DNA of 64,000 nt from Mobula hypostoma (Eukaryota), in contig NC_086108.1 in assembly GCF_963921235.1 (NCBI RefSeq), positions 1,054,001 to 1,118,000 of the forward strand, written 5' to 3'. Positions 47,001-59,642 of this stretch are shown in pieces. The notes beneath the pieces were generated by a model. That model made no database searches and was not told the origin of the DNA. It saw only the letters and a list, made by a program, of their open reading frames with translations. The position numbers and the translations under genes were made by a program. Numbering within the stretch: position 1 is the first letter of the stretch; every line of letters starts with the position of its first letter.

Positions 47001-50000
47001 GTGGGTGTGGGTGTGTGTGTGGGTGTGGGTGTGGGTGTGGGTGTGGGACGTGGATGTGGGTGTGGTGTGGGTGTGGGTGTGGGACGTGGGTGTGGGTGTG
47101 GGTGTGGGTGTGGGACGTGGGTGTGGGTGTGGGACGTGGATGTGGGTGTGGTGTGGGTGTGGGTGTGGGTGTGGGTGTGGGACGTGGGTCTGGGTGTGGG
47201 TGTGGGTGTGGGACGTGGGTGTGGGACGTGGGTGTGGGTGTGTGTGTGGGTGTGGGTGTGGGTGTGGCACGTGGGTGTGGGTGTTGGTGTGGGTGTGGGT
47301 GTGGGTGTGGGTGTGGGTGTGGGTGTGTGTGTGGGTGTGGGTGTGGGACGTGGGTCTGGGTGTGGGTGTGGGTGTGGGACGTGGGTGTGGGATGTGGGTG
47401 TGGGTGTGTGTGTGGGTGTGGGTGTGGGTGTGGCACGTGGGTGTGGGTGTGGGTGTGGGTGTGGGTGTGGGTGTGTGTGTGTGTGTGGGTGTGGGTGTGG
47501 GTGTGGGTGTGGGACGTGGGTGTGGGTGTGGATGTGGGACGTGGGTGTGGGTGTGGGTGTGGGTGTGGGTGTGGGACGTGTGTGTGGGTGTGGGTGTGGG
47601 TGTAGGTGTGGGTGTGGGTCTGGGTGTGGGTGTGGGTGTGGGTGTGGGTGTGGGACGTGGGTCTAGGTATGGGTGTGGGTGTGGGACGTGGGTGTGGGAC
47701 GTGGGTCTAGGTGTGGGACGTGGGTATGGGTGTGTGTGTGGGTGTGGGTGTGGGACGTGGGTGTGGGACGTGGGTCTAGGTGTGGGACGTGGGTATGGGT
47801 GTGTGTGTGGGTGTGGGTGTGGGACGTGGGTGTGGGTGTGTGTGTGGGTGTGGGTGTGGGACGTGGGTGTGGGTGTGGGTGTGGGTGTGGGACATGGGTC
47901 TAAGTGTGGGACGTGGGTGTGGGTGTGTGTGTGTGTGTGGGTGTGGGTGTGGGTGTGGGACGTGGGTGTGGGTGTGTGTGTGGGTGTGGGTGTGGGTGTG
48001 GGTGTGGGACGTGGGTGTGGGACGTGGGTCTAGTTGTGGGACGTGGGTGTGGGTGTGGGTGTGGGTGTGGGACGAGGGTGTGGGATGGGTGTGGGTGTGG
48101 GACGTGGGTGTGGGTGTGGGTGTGGGTGTGGGTGTGGGTGTGGGACCTGGATGTGGGTGTGGTGTGGGTGTGGGTGTGGTACGTGGGTGTGGGTGTGGGT
48201 GTGTGTGTTGATGTGGGTGTGGTGTGGTTGTGGGTGTGGGACGCGGGTGTGGGTGTGGGTGTGGGTGTGGGACGCGGGTGTTGGTGTGGGACGTGGGTGT
48301 GGGTGTGGGTGTGGGTGTGGGACGTGAGTGTGGGTGTGTGTGTGGGTGTGGGTGTGGGTGTGTGACGTGGGTGTGGGTGTGGGTGTGGGTGTGGGACGTG
48401 GGTGTGGGTGTGGGACGTGGGTGTGGGTGTGGGTGTGGGTGTGGATGTGGGTGTGGGACGTGGGTGTGGGTGTGGGTGTGGGACTAGGTGTGGGACGTGG
48501 GTGTGGGTGTGTGTGTGGGTGTGGGTGTGGGTGTGGGACGTGGGTGTGTGTGTGGGTGAGTGTGTGGGTGTGGGTCTTGGTGTGGGTGTGGGTGTGGGAC
48601 GTGGGTCTAGGTGTGGGACGTGGGTGTGGGTGTGGGTGTGTGTGTGGGTGTGGGTGTGGGACGTGGGTCTGGGTGTGGGTGTGGGTGTGGGTGTGGGTGT
48701 GGGTGTGTGTGTGGGTGTGGGACGTGGGTGTGGGTGTGGGTGTGGGTGTGGGATCTGGATGTGGGGGTGGTGTGGGTGTGGGTGTGGGTGTGGGTGTGGG
48801 TGTGGGACGTGGGTCTGGGTGTGGGTGTGGGTGTGGGTGTGGGTGTGGGACGTGGGTGTGGGTGTGGGTGTGGGACGTGGGTGTGGGACGTGGGTCTAGG
48901 TGTGGGTGTGGGTGTGGGTGTGGGACGTGGGTGTGGGACGTGGGTGAGGGTGTGTGTGTGGGTGTGGGACATGGGTGTGGGTGTGGGTGTGGGTGTGGGA
49001 AGTGGGTGTGGGTGTGGGTGTGGGTGTGGGTGTGGGACGTGGGTGTGGGTGTGGGTGTGGGTGTGGGACGTGGGTGTGGGGTGTGTGTGTGGGTGTGGGT
49101 GTGGGTGTGGGACGTGGGTGTGGGACGTGGGTGCGGGTGTGTGTGTGGGTGTGGGACGTGGGTGTGTGTGTGGGTGTGGGTGTGGGTGTGTGACGTGGGT
49201 GTGGGTGTGGGTGTGGGACGTGGGTGTGGGTGTGGGTGTGGGTGTGAGTGTGGGTGTGGGACGTGGGTGTGGCTGTGGGTGTGGGTGTGGGACGTGGGTG
49301 TGGGAGTGGGTGTGGGTGTGAGTGTGGGTGTGGGACGTGGGTGTGGGTGTGGGTGTGGGTGTGGGACGTGGGTCTGGGTGTGGGTGTGGGTGTGGGTGTG
49401 GGACGTGGGTGTGGGTGTGGGTGTGGGTGTTGGTATGGGACGTGGGTGTGGGTGTGGGTGTGGGACGTGGATGTGGGTGTGGGAGTGGGTGTGGGACGTG
49501 GGTGTGGGACGTGGGTCTCGGTGTGGGTGTGGGTGTGGGACGTGGGTCTCGGTGTGGGTGTGGGTGTGGGACGTGGGTGTGGGTGTGGGTGTGTGTGTGG
49601 GTGTGGGACGTGGGTGTGGGTGTGGGTGTGGGTGTAAGTGTGGGTGTGGGTCTGGGTGTGGGTGTGGGTGTGGGTGTGGGTGTGGGACGTGGGTCTAGGT
49701 GTGGGTGTGGGTGTGGGACGTGGGTGTGGGTGTGGGTGTGGGTGTGGGCGTGTGACGTGGGTGTGGGTGTGGGTGTGGGTGTGGGTGTGGGACGTGGGTC
49801 CGGGTGTGGTTGTGGGTGTGGGTGTGGGACGTGGGTCCAGGTGTGGGTTTGGGTGTGGGACGTGGGTGTGGGTGTGGGTGTGGGTGTGGGTGTGGGTGTG
49901 TGACGTGGGTCTCGGTGTGGGTGTGGGTGTGGGACGTGTGTGTGGGTGTGGGTGTGGGTGTGGGACGTGGGTGTGGGTGTGGGTGTGGGTGTGTGTGTGG

Positions 50001-53000
50001 GTGTGAGACGTGGGTGTGGGTGTGGGTGTGGGTGTAAGTGTGGGTGTGGGTGTGGGTGTGGGTGTGGGTGTGGGTGTGGGACGTGGGTGTGGGTGTGTGT
50101 GTGTGTGTGTGTGGGTGTGTGTGTGGGTGTGGGTGTGGGTGTGGGACGCGGGTGTGTGTGTGGGTGTGGGACGTGGTTCCAGGTGTGGGACGTGGGTGTG
50201 GGTGTGGGTGTGGGTGTGTGTGTGTGTGTGTGGGTGTGTGTGTGGGTTTGGGTGTGGGTGTGGGACGTGGGTGTGTGTGTGGGTGTGGGACGTGGGTCTA
50301 GGTGTGGGACGTGGGTGTGGGTGTGGGTGTGGGTGTAAGTGTGGGTGTGGGTCTGGGTGTGGGTGTGGGTGTGGGTGTGGGTGTGGGACGTGGGTCTAGG
50401 TGTGGGTGTGGGTGTGGGACGTGGGTGTGGGTGTGGGTGTGGGTGTGGGCGTGGGACGTGGGTGTGGGTGTGGGTGTGGGTGTGGGTGTGGGACGTGGGT
50501 CCGGGTGTGGTTGTGGGTGTGGGTGTGGGACGTGGGTCCAGGTGTGGGTTTGGGTGTGGGACGTGGGTGTGGGTGTGGGTGTGGGTGTGGGTGTGGGACG
50601 TGGGTCTCGGTGTGGGTGTGGGTGTGGGACGTGTGTGTGGGTGTGGGTGTGGGTGTGGGACGTGGGTGTGGGTGTGGGTGTGGGTGTGTGTGTGGGTGTG
50701 AGACGTGGCTGTGGGTGTGGGTGTGGGTGTAAGTGTGGGTGTGGGTGTGGGACGTGGGTGTGGGTGTGGGTGTGGGTGTGGGTGTGTGTGTGTGGGTGTG
50801 TGTGTGGGTGTGGGTGTGGGTGTGGGACGCGGGTGTGTGTGTGGGTGTGGGACGTGGTTCCAGGTGTGGGACGTGGGTGTGGGTGTGGGTGTGGGTGTGT
50901 GTGTGTGTGTGTGGGTGTGTGTGTGGGTTTGGGTGTGGGTGTGGGACGTGGGTGTGTGTGTGGGTGTGGGACGTGGGTGTGGGTGTGGGACGTGGGTGTG
51001 GGTGTGGGTGTGGGTGTGGGTGTGTGTGTGGATGTGGGTGTGGTGTGGGTGTGGGTGTGGGACGTGGGTGTGGGTGTGGGTGTGGGTGTGGGTGTGGGTG
51101 TGGGTGTGGGACGTGGATGTGGGTGTGGGTGTGGGTGTGGGTGTGGGACGTGGGTGTGGGTCTGGGTGTGGGTGTGGGACGTGGGTGTGGGACGTGGGTG
51201 TGGGTGTGGGTGTGGGTGTGGGTGTGGGTGTGGGTGTGGGTGTGGGTGTGGGACGTGGGTGTGGGTGTGGGTGTGGGTGTGGGACGTGGGTGTGGGACGT
51301 GGGTGTGGGTGTGTGTGTGGGTGTGGGTGTGGGTGTGGGACGTGGGTGTGGGTGTGGGTGTGGGTGTGGGTGTGGGTGTGGGTGTGGGTGTGGGTGTGGG
51401 TGTGGGTGTGGGACGTGGGTGTGGGTGTGGGACGTGGGTGTGGGATGTGGGTGTGGGTGTGGGTGTGGCACGTGGGTGTGGGTGTGGGTGTGGGTGTGGG
51501 TGTGGGTGTGGGTGTGGGACGTGGGTGTGGGTGTGGATGTGGGACGTGGGTGTGGGTGTGGGTGTGGGTGTGGGTGTGGGACGTGTGTGTGGGTGTGGGT
51601 GTGGGTGTGGGTGTGGGTGTGGGTCGTGGGTGTGGGTGTGGGTGTGGGTGTGGGACGTGGGTCTAGGTATGGGTGTGGGTGTGGGACGTGGGTGTGGGAC
51701 GTGGGTCTAGGTGTGGGACGTGGGTATGGGTGTGTGTGTGGGTGTGGGTGTGGGACGTGGGTGTGGGTGTGTGTGTGGGTGTGGGTGTGGGTGTGGGTGT
51801 GGGTGTGGGTGTGGGACATGGGTCTAAGTGTGGGACGTGGGTGTGGGTGTGTGTGTGGGTGTGGGTGTGGGTGTGGGACGTGGGTGTGGGACGTGGGTGT
51901 GGGTGTGGGTGTGGGTGTGGGTGTGGGACGTGGGTCCGGGTGTGGTTGTGGGTGTGGGTGTGGGTGTGGAACGTGGGTCCAGGTGTGGGTGTGGGTGTGG
52001 GTGTGGGTGTGGGTGTGGGTGTGGGACGTGGGTGTGGGTGTGGGTGTGGGTGTGGGACGTGTGTGTGGGTGTGGGTGTGGGTGTGGGACGTGGGTGTGGG
52101 TGTGGGTGTGGGTGTGTGTGTGGGTGTGGGACGTGGGTGTGGGTGTGGGTGTGGGTGTAAGTGTGGGTGTGGGTCTGGGTGTGGGTGTGGGTGTGGGTGT
52201 GGGTGTAGGTGTGGGACGCGGGTCTAGGTGTGGGTGTGGGTGTGGGACGTGTGTGTGGGTGTGGGTGTGGGTGTGGGTGTGGGACGTGGGTGTGGGTGTG
52301 GGTGTGGGTGTGGGTGTGGGACGTGGGTCCGGGTGTGGTTGTGGGTGTGGGTGTGGGTGTGGGACGTGGGTCCAGGTGTGTGTGTGGGTGTGGGTGTGGG
52401 ACGTGGGTGTGGGTGTGGGTGTGGGTGTGGGTGTGGGACGTGGAGGGGTGTGTGGGTGTGGGTGTGGGTGTGGGACGTGGGTGTGGGTGTGGGTGTGGGT
52501 GTGGGACGTGGGTGTGGGTGTGGGACGGGGATGTGGGTGTGGTGTGGGTGTGGGTGTGGGTATGGGTGTGGGACGTGGGTCCGGGTGTGGTTGTGGGTGT
52601 GGGTGTGGGTGTGGGACGTGGGTCCAGGTGTGGGTGTGGGTGTGGGACGTGGGTGTGGGACGTGGGTGTGGGTGTGTGTGTGGGTGTGGGTGTGGGACGT
52701 GGGTGTGGGTGTTGGTGTGGGTGTGGGTGTGGGACGTGTGTGTGGGTGTGGGTGTGGGTGTGGGTGTGGGACGTGGGTGTGGGTGTGGGTGTGGGTGTGG
52801 GACGTGGGTGTGGGTGTGTGTGTGGGTCCGGGTGTGGGTGTGGGTGTGGGTGTGGGTGTGGGACATGGGTGTGGGTGTGTGTGTGGGTGTGGGTGTGGGT
52901 GTGGGACGTGGGTGTGGGTGTGGGTGTGGGACGTTGTCTGGGTGTGGGTGTTGGTGTGGGTGTGGGACGTGGGTGTGGGTGTGAGTGTGGGTGTGGATGT

Positions 53001-56000
53001 GGGACGTGGTTGTGGGTGTGGGTGTGGGACGTGTGTGTGGGTGTGGGTGTGGGTGTAGGTGTGGGTGTGAGTGTGGGACGTGGGTCTAGGTGTGGGTGTG
53101 GGTGTGGGACGTGGGTGTGCGACGTGGGTCTAGGTGTGGGACGTGGGTGTGGGTGTGTGTGTGGCTGTTGGTGTGAGTGTGGGTGTGTGTGTGGGTGTGG
53201 GACGTGGGTGTGGGTGTGGGACATGGGTGGGGTGTGGATGTGGGTGTGGGTGTGGGAAGTGGGTGCGGGTGTGGGACGTGGGTGGGGTGTGGGTGTGGGT
53301 GTGGGTGTGGGACGTGGGTGTGGGTGTGGGTGTGGGTGTGGGTGTGGGACGTGGGTGTGGGACGTGGGTGTGGGTGTGGGTGTGGGTGTGGGTGTGGGTG
53401 TGGGACGTGGGTGTGGGTGTGGGTGTGGGTGTGGGTGTGGGACGTGGGTGTGGGTGTGGGTGTGGGTGTGGGTGTGGGACGTGGGTGTGGTTGTGGGTGT
53501 GGGTGTGGGTGTGGGTGTGGGACGTGGGTGTGGGTGTGGGTGTGGGTGTGGGTGTGGGTGTGGGACGTGGGTGTGGGTGTGGGTGTGGGTGTGGGACGTG
53601 GGTGTGGGACGTGGGTGTGGGTGTGGGTGTGGGTGTGGGACGTGGGTGTGGGTGTGGGTGTGGGTGTGGGTGTGGGACGTGGGTGTGGGTGTGGGTGTGG
53701 GTGTGGGTGTGGGACGTGGGTGTGGGTGTGGGTGTGGGTGTGGGACGTGGGTGTGGGACGTGGGTGTGGGTGTGGGACGTGGGTGTGGGTGTGGGTGTGG
53801 GTGTGGGTGTGGGTGTGGGACGTGGGTGTGGGTGTGGGTGTGGGTGTGGGACGTGGGTGTGGGTGTGGGTGTCTGTGTGGGTGTGGGTGTGTGTGTGGGT
53901 GTGGGACGTGGGTGTGGGTGTGGGTGTGGGTGTGGGTGTGGGACGTGGGTGTGTGACGTGGGTGTGGGTGTGGGTGTGGGTGTGGGTGTGGGTGTGGGAC
54001 GTGGGTGTGGGTGTGGGTGTGGGTGTGGGTGTGGGTGTGGGACGTGGGTGTGGGACGTGGGTGTGGGTGTGGGTGTGGGTGTGGGACGTGGGTGTGGGGT
54101 TGTGGGTGTGGGTGTGGGTGTGGGTGTGGGACGTGGGTGTGGGTGTGGGTGTGGGTGTGGGACGTGGGTGTGGGACGTGGGTGTGGGTGTGTGTGTGGGT
54201 GTGGGACGTGGGTGTGGGACGTGGGTGTGGGTGTGGGTGTGGGTGTGGGACGTGGGTGTGGGTGTGGGTGTGGGTGTGGGTGTGGGTGTGGGTGTGGGAC
54301 GTGGGTGTGGGTGTGGGCCTGGGTGTGGGTGTGGGACGTGGGTGTGGGTGTGGGTGTGGGTGTGGGACGTGGGTGTGGGACGTGGGTGTGGGTGTGGGAC
54401 GTGGGTGTGGGTGTGGGTGTGGGTGTGTGTGTGGGACGTGGGTGTGTGACGTGGGTGTGGGTGTGGGTGTGGGTGTGGGTGTGGGACGTGGGTGTGGGTG
54501 TGGGTGTGGGTGTGGGTGTGGGACGTGGGTGTGGGTGTGGGTGTGGTTGTGGGTGTGGGACGTGGGTGTGGTTGTGGGTGTGGGTGTGGGTGTGGGTGTG
54601 GGACGTGGGTGTGGGTGTGGGTGTGGGTGTGGGACGTGGGTTTGGGACGTGGGTGTGGGTGTGTGTGTGGGTGTGGGACGTGGGTGTGGGACGTCGGTGT
54701 GGGTGTGGGTGTGGGACGTGGGTGTGGGTGTGGGTGTGGGTTGTGGGTGTGGGTGTGGGACGTGGGTGTGGGTGTGGGTGTGGGTGTGGGTGTGGGACGT
54801 GGGTGTGGGTGTGGGTGTGGGTGTGGGACGTGGGTGTGGGACGTGGGTGTGGGTGTGGGACGTGAGTGTGGGTGTGGGTGTGGGTGTGGTTGTGGGACGT
54901 CGGTGTGGGTGTGGTTGTGGGACGTGGGTGTGGGTGTGGGTGTGGGACGTGGGTGTGGGTGTGGGTGTGGGTGTGGGTGTGGGACGTGGGTGTGGGTGTT
55001 GGTGTGGGTGTGGGTGTGGGACGTGGGTGTGGGTGTGGGACGTGGGTGTGGGTGTGAGTGTGGGTGTGTGTGTGGGTGTGGGTGTGCGTGTGGGTGTGGG
55101 ACGTGGGTGTGGGTGTGGGTGTGTGTGTGTGTGTGGGTGTGGGTGTGGGTGTGGGTGTGGGACGTGGGTGTGGGTGTGTGTGTGGGTGTGGGACGTGGGT
55201 GTGGGACGTGGGTGTGGGTGTGTGTGTGGGTGTGGGTGTGGTTGTGGGTGTGGGACGTGGGTGTGGGTGTGGGTGTGGGACGTGGGTGTGGGACGTGGGT
55301 GTGGGTGTGGGTGTGGGTGTGGGACGTGGGTGTGGGTGTGGGTGTGGTTGTGGGTGTGGGACGTGGGTGTGGGACGTGGGTGTGGGTGTGGGTGTGGGTG
55401 TGGGACGTGGGTGTGGGTGTGGGTGTGGGTGTGGGTGTGGGACGTGGGTGTGGGTGTGGGTGTGGGACGTGGGTGTGGGACGTGGGTGTGGGTGTGGGTG
55501 TGGGACGTGGGTGTGGGACGTGGGTGTGGGTGTGGGTGTGGGTGTGGGTGTGGGACGTGGGTGTGGTTGTGGGTGTGGGTGTGGGTGTGGGTGTGGGACG
55601 TGGGTGTGGGTGTGGGTGTGGGTGTGGGTGTGGGACGTGGGTGTGGGTGTGGGTGTGGGTGTGGGTGTGGGACGTGGGTGTGGGACGTGGGTGTGGGTGT
55701 GGGTGTGGGACGTGGGTGTGGGTGTGGGTGTAGGACGTGGGTGTGGGTGTGGGACGTGGGTGTGGGTGTGGGTGTGGGTGTGGGACGTGGGTGTGGGACG
55801 TGGGTGTGGGTGTGGGTGTGGGTGTGGGACGTGGGTGTGGGTGTGGGTGTGGGTGTGGGACGTGGGTGTGGGTGTGGGTGTGGGTGTGGGTGTGGGTGTG
55901 GGACGTGGGTGTGGGTGTGGGTGTGGGTGTGGGTGTGGGTGTGGGACGTGGGTGTGGGACGTGGGTGTGGGTGTGGGACGTGGGTGTGGGTGTGGGTGTG

Positions 56001-58971
56001 GGACGTGGGTGTGGGACGTGGGTGTGGGTGTGGGTGTGGGTGTGGGTGTGGGACGTGGGTGTGGGACGTGGGTGTGGGTGTGGGTGTGGGTGTGGGTGTG
56101 GGACGTGGGTGTGGGACGTGGGTGTGGGTGTGGGTGTGGGACGTGGGTGTGGGACGTGGGTGTGGGTGTGGGTGTGGGACGTGGTTGTGGGTGTGGGACG
56201 TGGGTGTGGGACGTGGGTGTGGGACGTGGGTGTGGGTGTGGGACGTGGGTGTGGGACGTGGGTGTGGGTGTGGGTGTGGGTGTGGGTGTGGGACGTGGGT
56301 GTGGGACGTGGGTGTGGGTGTGGGTGTGGGACGTGGGTGTGGGTGTGGGTGTGGGACGTGGGTGTGGGTGTGGGACGTGGGTGTGGGTGTGTGTGTGTGT
56401 GGGACGTGGGTGTGGGACGTGGGTGTGGGTGTGGGACGTGGGTGTGGGTGTGGGTGTGGGTGTGGGACGTGGGTGTGGGACGTGGGTGTGGGTGTGGGTG
56501 GGTGTGGGTGTGGGTGTGGGTGTGGGACGTGGGTGTGGGTGTGGGTGTGGGTGGTGTGGGACGTGGGTGTGGGTGTGGGTGTGTGACGTGGGTGTGGGAC
56601 GTGGGTGTGGGTGTGGGTGTGGGTGTGGGACGTGGGTGTGGGTGTGGGTGTGGATGTGGGTGTGGGTGTGGGACGTGGGTGTGGGACGTGGGTGTGGGTG
56701 TGGTGTGGTGTGGGTGTGGGACGTGGGTGTGGGACGTGGGGTGGGTGTGGGGTGGGTGTGGTGTGGGTGTGGTGTGGGACGTGGGTGTGGGACGTGGGTG
56801 TGGGTGTGGGTGTGTGGTGTGGGTGTGGGACGTGGGTGTGGGACGTGGTGTGGGTGTGGGTGTGGGTGTGGGACGTGGGTGTGGGTGTGGGTGTGGGTGT
56901 GGGTGTGGGACGTGGGTGTGGGTGTGGGTGTGGGACGTGGGTGTGGGTGTGGGACGTGGGTGTGGGTGTGGGTGTGGGACGTGGGTGTGGGTGTGGGTGT
57001 GGGTGTGGGTGTGGGTGTGGGTGTGGGACGTGGGTGTGGGACGTGGGTGTGGGTTTGGGTGTGGGTGTGGGACGTGGGTGTGGGACGTGGGTGTGGGTGT
57101 GGGTGTGGGTGTGGGTTTGGGTGTGGGACGTGGGTGTGGGACGTGGGTGTGGGTGTGGGTGTGGTTGTGGGTGTGGGACGTGGGTGTGGGACGTGGGTGT
57201 GGGTGTGGGTGTGGGTGTGGGACGTGGGTGTGGGTGTGGGTGTGGGTGTGGGTGTGGGACGTGGGTGTGGGACGTGGGTGTGGGTGTGGGTGTGGGACGT
57301 GGGTGTGGGACGTGGGTGTGGGTGTGGGTGTGGGTGTGTGGGTGTGGGACGTGGGTGTGGGACGTGGGTGTGGTGTGGGTGTGGGACGTGGGTGTGGGGA
57401 CGTGGGTGTGGGACGTGGGTGTGGGTGTGGGACGTGGGTGGTGTGTGGGTGTGGGCGTGGGGTGTGGGACGTGGGTGTGGGACGTGGGTGTGGGTGTGGG
57501 TGTGGGACGTGGTGTGGTGTGGGACGTGGGTGTGGGTGGGTGTGGGTGTGGGTGTGGGACGTGGGTGTGGTGGGTGTGGGTGTGGGTGTGGGTGTGGGAC
57601 GTGGGTGTGGTGTGGGTGTGGGTGTGGGTGTGGGTGGGTGTGGGTGTGGGACGTGGGTGTGGGACGTGGGTGTGGGTGTGGGTGTGGGTGTGGGACGTGG
57701 GTGTGGGACGTGGGTGTGGGTGTGGGTGTGGGTGTGGGACGTGGGTGTGGGTGTGTGTGTGGGTGTGGGACGTGGGTGTGGGTGTGGTGTGGGACGTGGG
57801 TGTGGGTGTGGGTGTGGGTGTGGGTGTGGGACGTGGGTGTGGTGTGTGGGTGTGGGTGTGGGACGTGGGTGTGGGTGTGGGTGTGGGACGTGGGTGTGGG
57901 TGTGGGTGTGGGTGTGGGACGTTGGTGTGGGACGTGGGTGTGGTTGTGGTTGTGGGTGTGGGTGTGGGTGTGGGACGTGGGTGTGGGTGTGGGTGTGGGT
58001 GTGGGTGTGTGTGTGGGTGTGGGACGTGGGTGTGGGTGTGGGACGTGGGTGTGGGTGTGGGTGTGGGTGTGGGTGTGGGGTGTGGGTGTGGGACGTGGGT
58101 GTGGGACGTGGGTGTGGGTGTGGGTGTGGGTGTGGGTGGTGGGAGTGGGTGTGGGTGTGGGTGTGGGTGTGGGACGTGGGTGTGGGACGTGGGTGTGGGT
58201 TTGGGTGTGGGTGTGGGACGTGGGTGTGGGACGTGGGTGTGGGTGTGGGTGTGGGTGTGGGTTTGGGTGTGGACGTGGGTGTGGGACGTGGTGTGTGGGT
58301 GTGGGTGTGGTTGTGGGTGTGGGACGTGGGTGTGGGACGTGGGTGTGGGTGTGGGTGTGGGACGTGGGTGTGGGTGTGGGTGTGGGACGTGGGTGTGGGA
58401 CGTGGGTGTGGGTGTGGGTGTGGGTGTGGGTGTGGGACGTGGGTGTGGTTGTGGGTGTGGGTGTGGGTGTGGGACGTGGGTGTGGGTGTGGGTGTGGGTG
58501 TGGGACGTGGGTGTGGGTGTGGGTGTGGGTGTGGTGGGACGTGGGTGTGGGTGTGTGTGTGGGTGTGGGACGTGGGTGTGGGTGTGTGTGTGGGACGTGG
58601 GTGTGGGTGTGGGTCTGGGTGTGGGTGTGGGACGTGGGTGTGGGTGTGGATGTGGTTGTGGGTGTGGGACGTGGGTGTGGGTGTGGGTGTGGGACGTGGG
58701 TGTGGGTGTGGGTGTGGGTGTGGGACGTGGGTGTGGGACGTGGGTGTGGGTGTGGGTGTGTGGGTGTGGGACGTGGGTGTGGGTGTGGGACGTGGGTGTG
58801 GGTGTGGGTGTGGGTGTGGGTGTGGGTGTGGGACGTGGGTGTGGGACGTGGGTGTGGGTGTGGGTGTGGGTGTGGGACGTGGGTGTGGGACGTGGGTGTG
58901 TGTGTGGGACGTGGGTGTGGGACGTGGGTGTGGGTGTGGGTGTGGGTGTGGGTGTGGGACGTGGGTGTGGG
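41066..58971 (+). repeat. 17.9-kb (GGGTGT)n satellite punctuated by GGGACGT units
   Basis: Continuous single-orientation array. Minor variants GGGTCT, AGGTGT, GGATGT, GGGACAT and short (GT)n. Confidence 0.99.
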
Positions 58972-59331
58972 CAGGGGAGGAGGGACTCTGGTGGAAGATG
59001 GAAAGCCCTCCCCATCGCCTGTGCACTGCCTGAGACCAGTGGCTGACGGTCTCTGGGGCTGCATCTTGCCATGTTGATGCTCTTGGCAGCTGTACAGACT
59101 GGATCTGGGCACTGTGCCACAGCGACCTGTCAGCTATAATTAGCAAGCTGTTCCATTTCCAAGTAGAAATTACCTTACATCTGTTCCCGACCTGCAGAGC
59201 AGGGAGGCTGAGGAGCAGTTGCGTAGAGAGCTGCTCTCCCCTACGCAGCCTGACTGGGGTGGGGCGTGGGGCGCGGAGTGCAGGAAGGAGGGTCACGGCT
59301 AATGCCTGGGCAGGCAGGAGACGCGGGGAAG

Positions 59332-59642
59332 GCTTGGATAGACTGGACGTGCAGAGAATGTTTCCTGAGAGAGAACCTTCTCAGAATGTGACGTCCCTTT
59401 AGAACGGAGGTTAGGAGGAATTTCTTCAGCCAGGGGGTGTTGAATCTGAGGAATTCACTGCCACGCACGGCTGTGGAGTCAAGTCACCGAGGTGTTTAAA
59501 GTGGAGGCTGACATGTTCTTGATTAATTGAGGCAAGGTTACAGGGAGAAGGCAGGAGAGAGGGATAATAAATCAACCAAGATTGAACTCCAGAGCAGACG
59601 TGATGGGCTGAATGGCCTCGTTCTGCTCTTCTGGTCTGATGG
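59332..59642 (+). mobile_element. Old CR1 3' fragment
   Basis: Region equivalent to FRTEVRRNFFSQ and UTR GGGCTGAATGGCCT. Confidence 0.8.

Noticed and set aside
41066..58971. True telomere or interstitial TTAGGG array
   Set aside because: No TTAGGG units are seen, and unique DNA lies on both sides.
41022..58977. GGGCAGGGG near both ends of the satellite as a TSD
   Set aside because: The left copy is ~35 bp from the array edge and the motif is likely by chance in G-rich DNA.
41066..59296. Very long ORFs (up to 2490 aa) of VW/CG/GV or HT/PT repeats
   Set aside because: They arise because the satellite units contain almost no stop codons. They are open in many frames on both strands.
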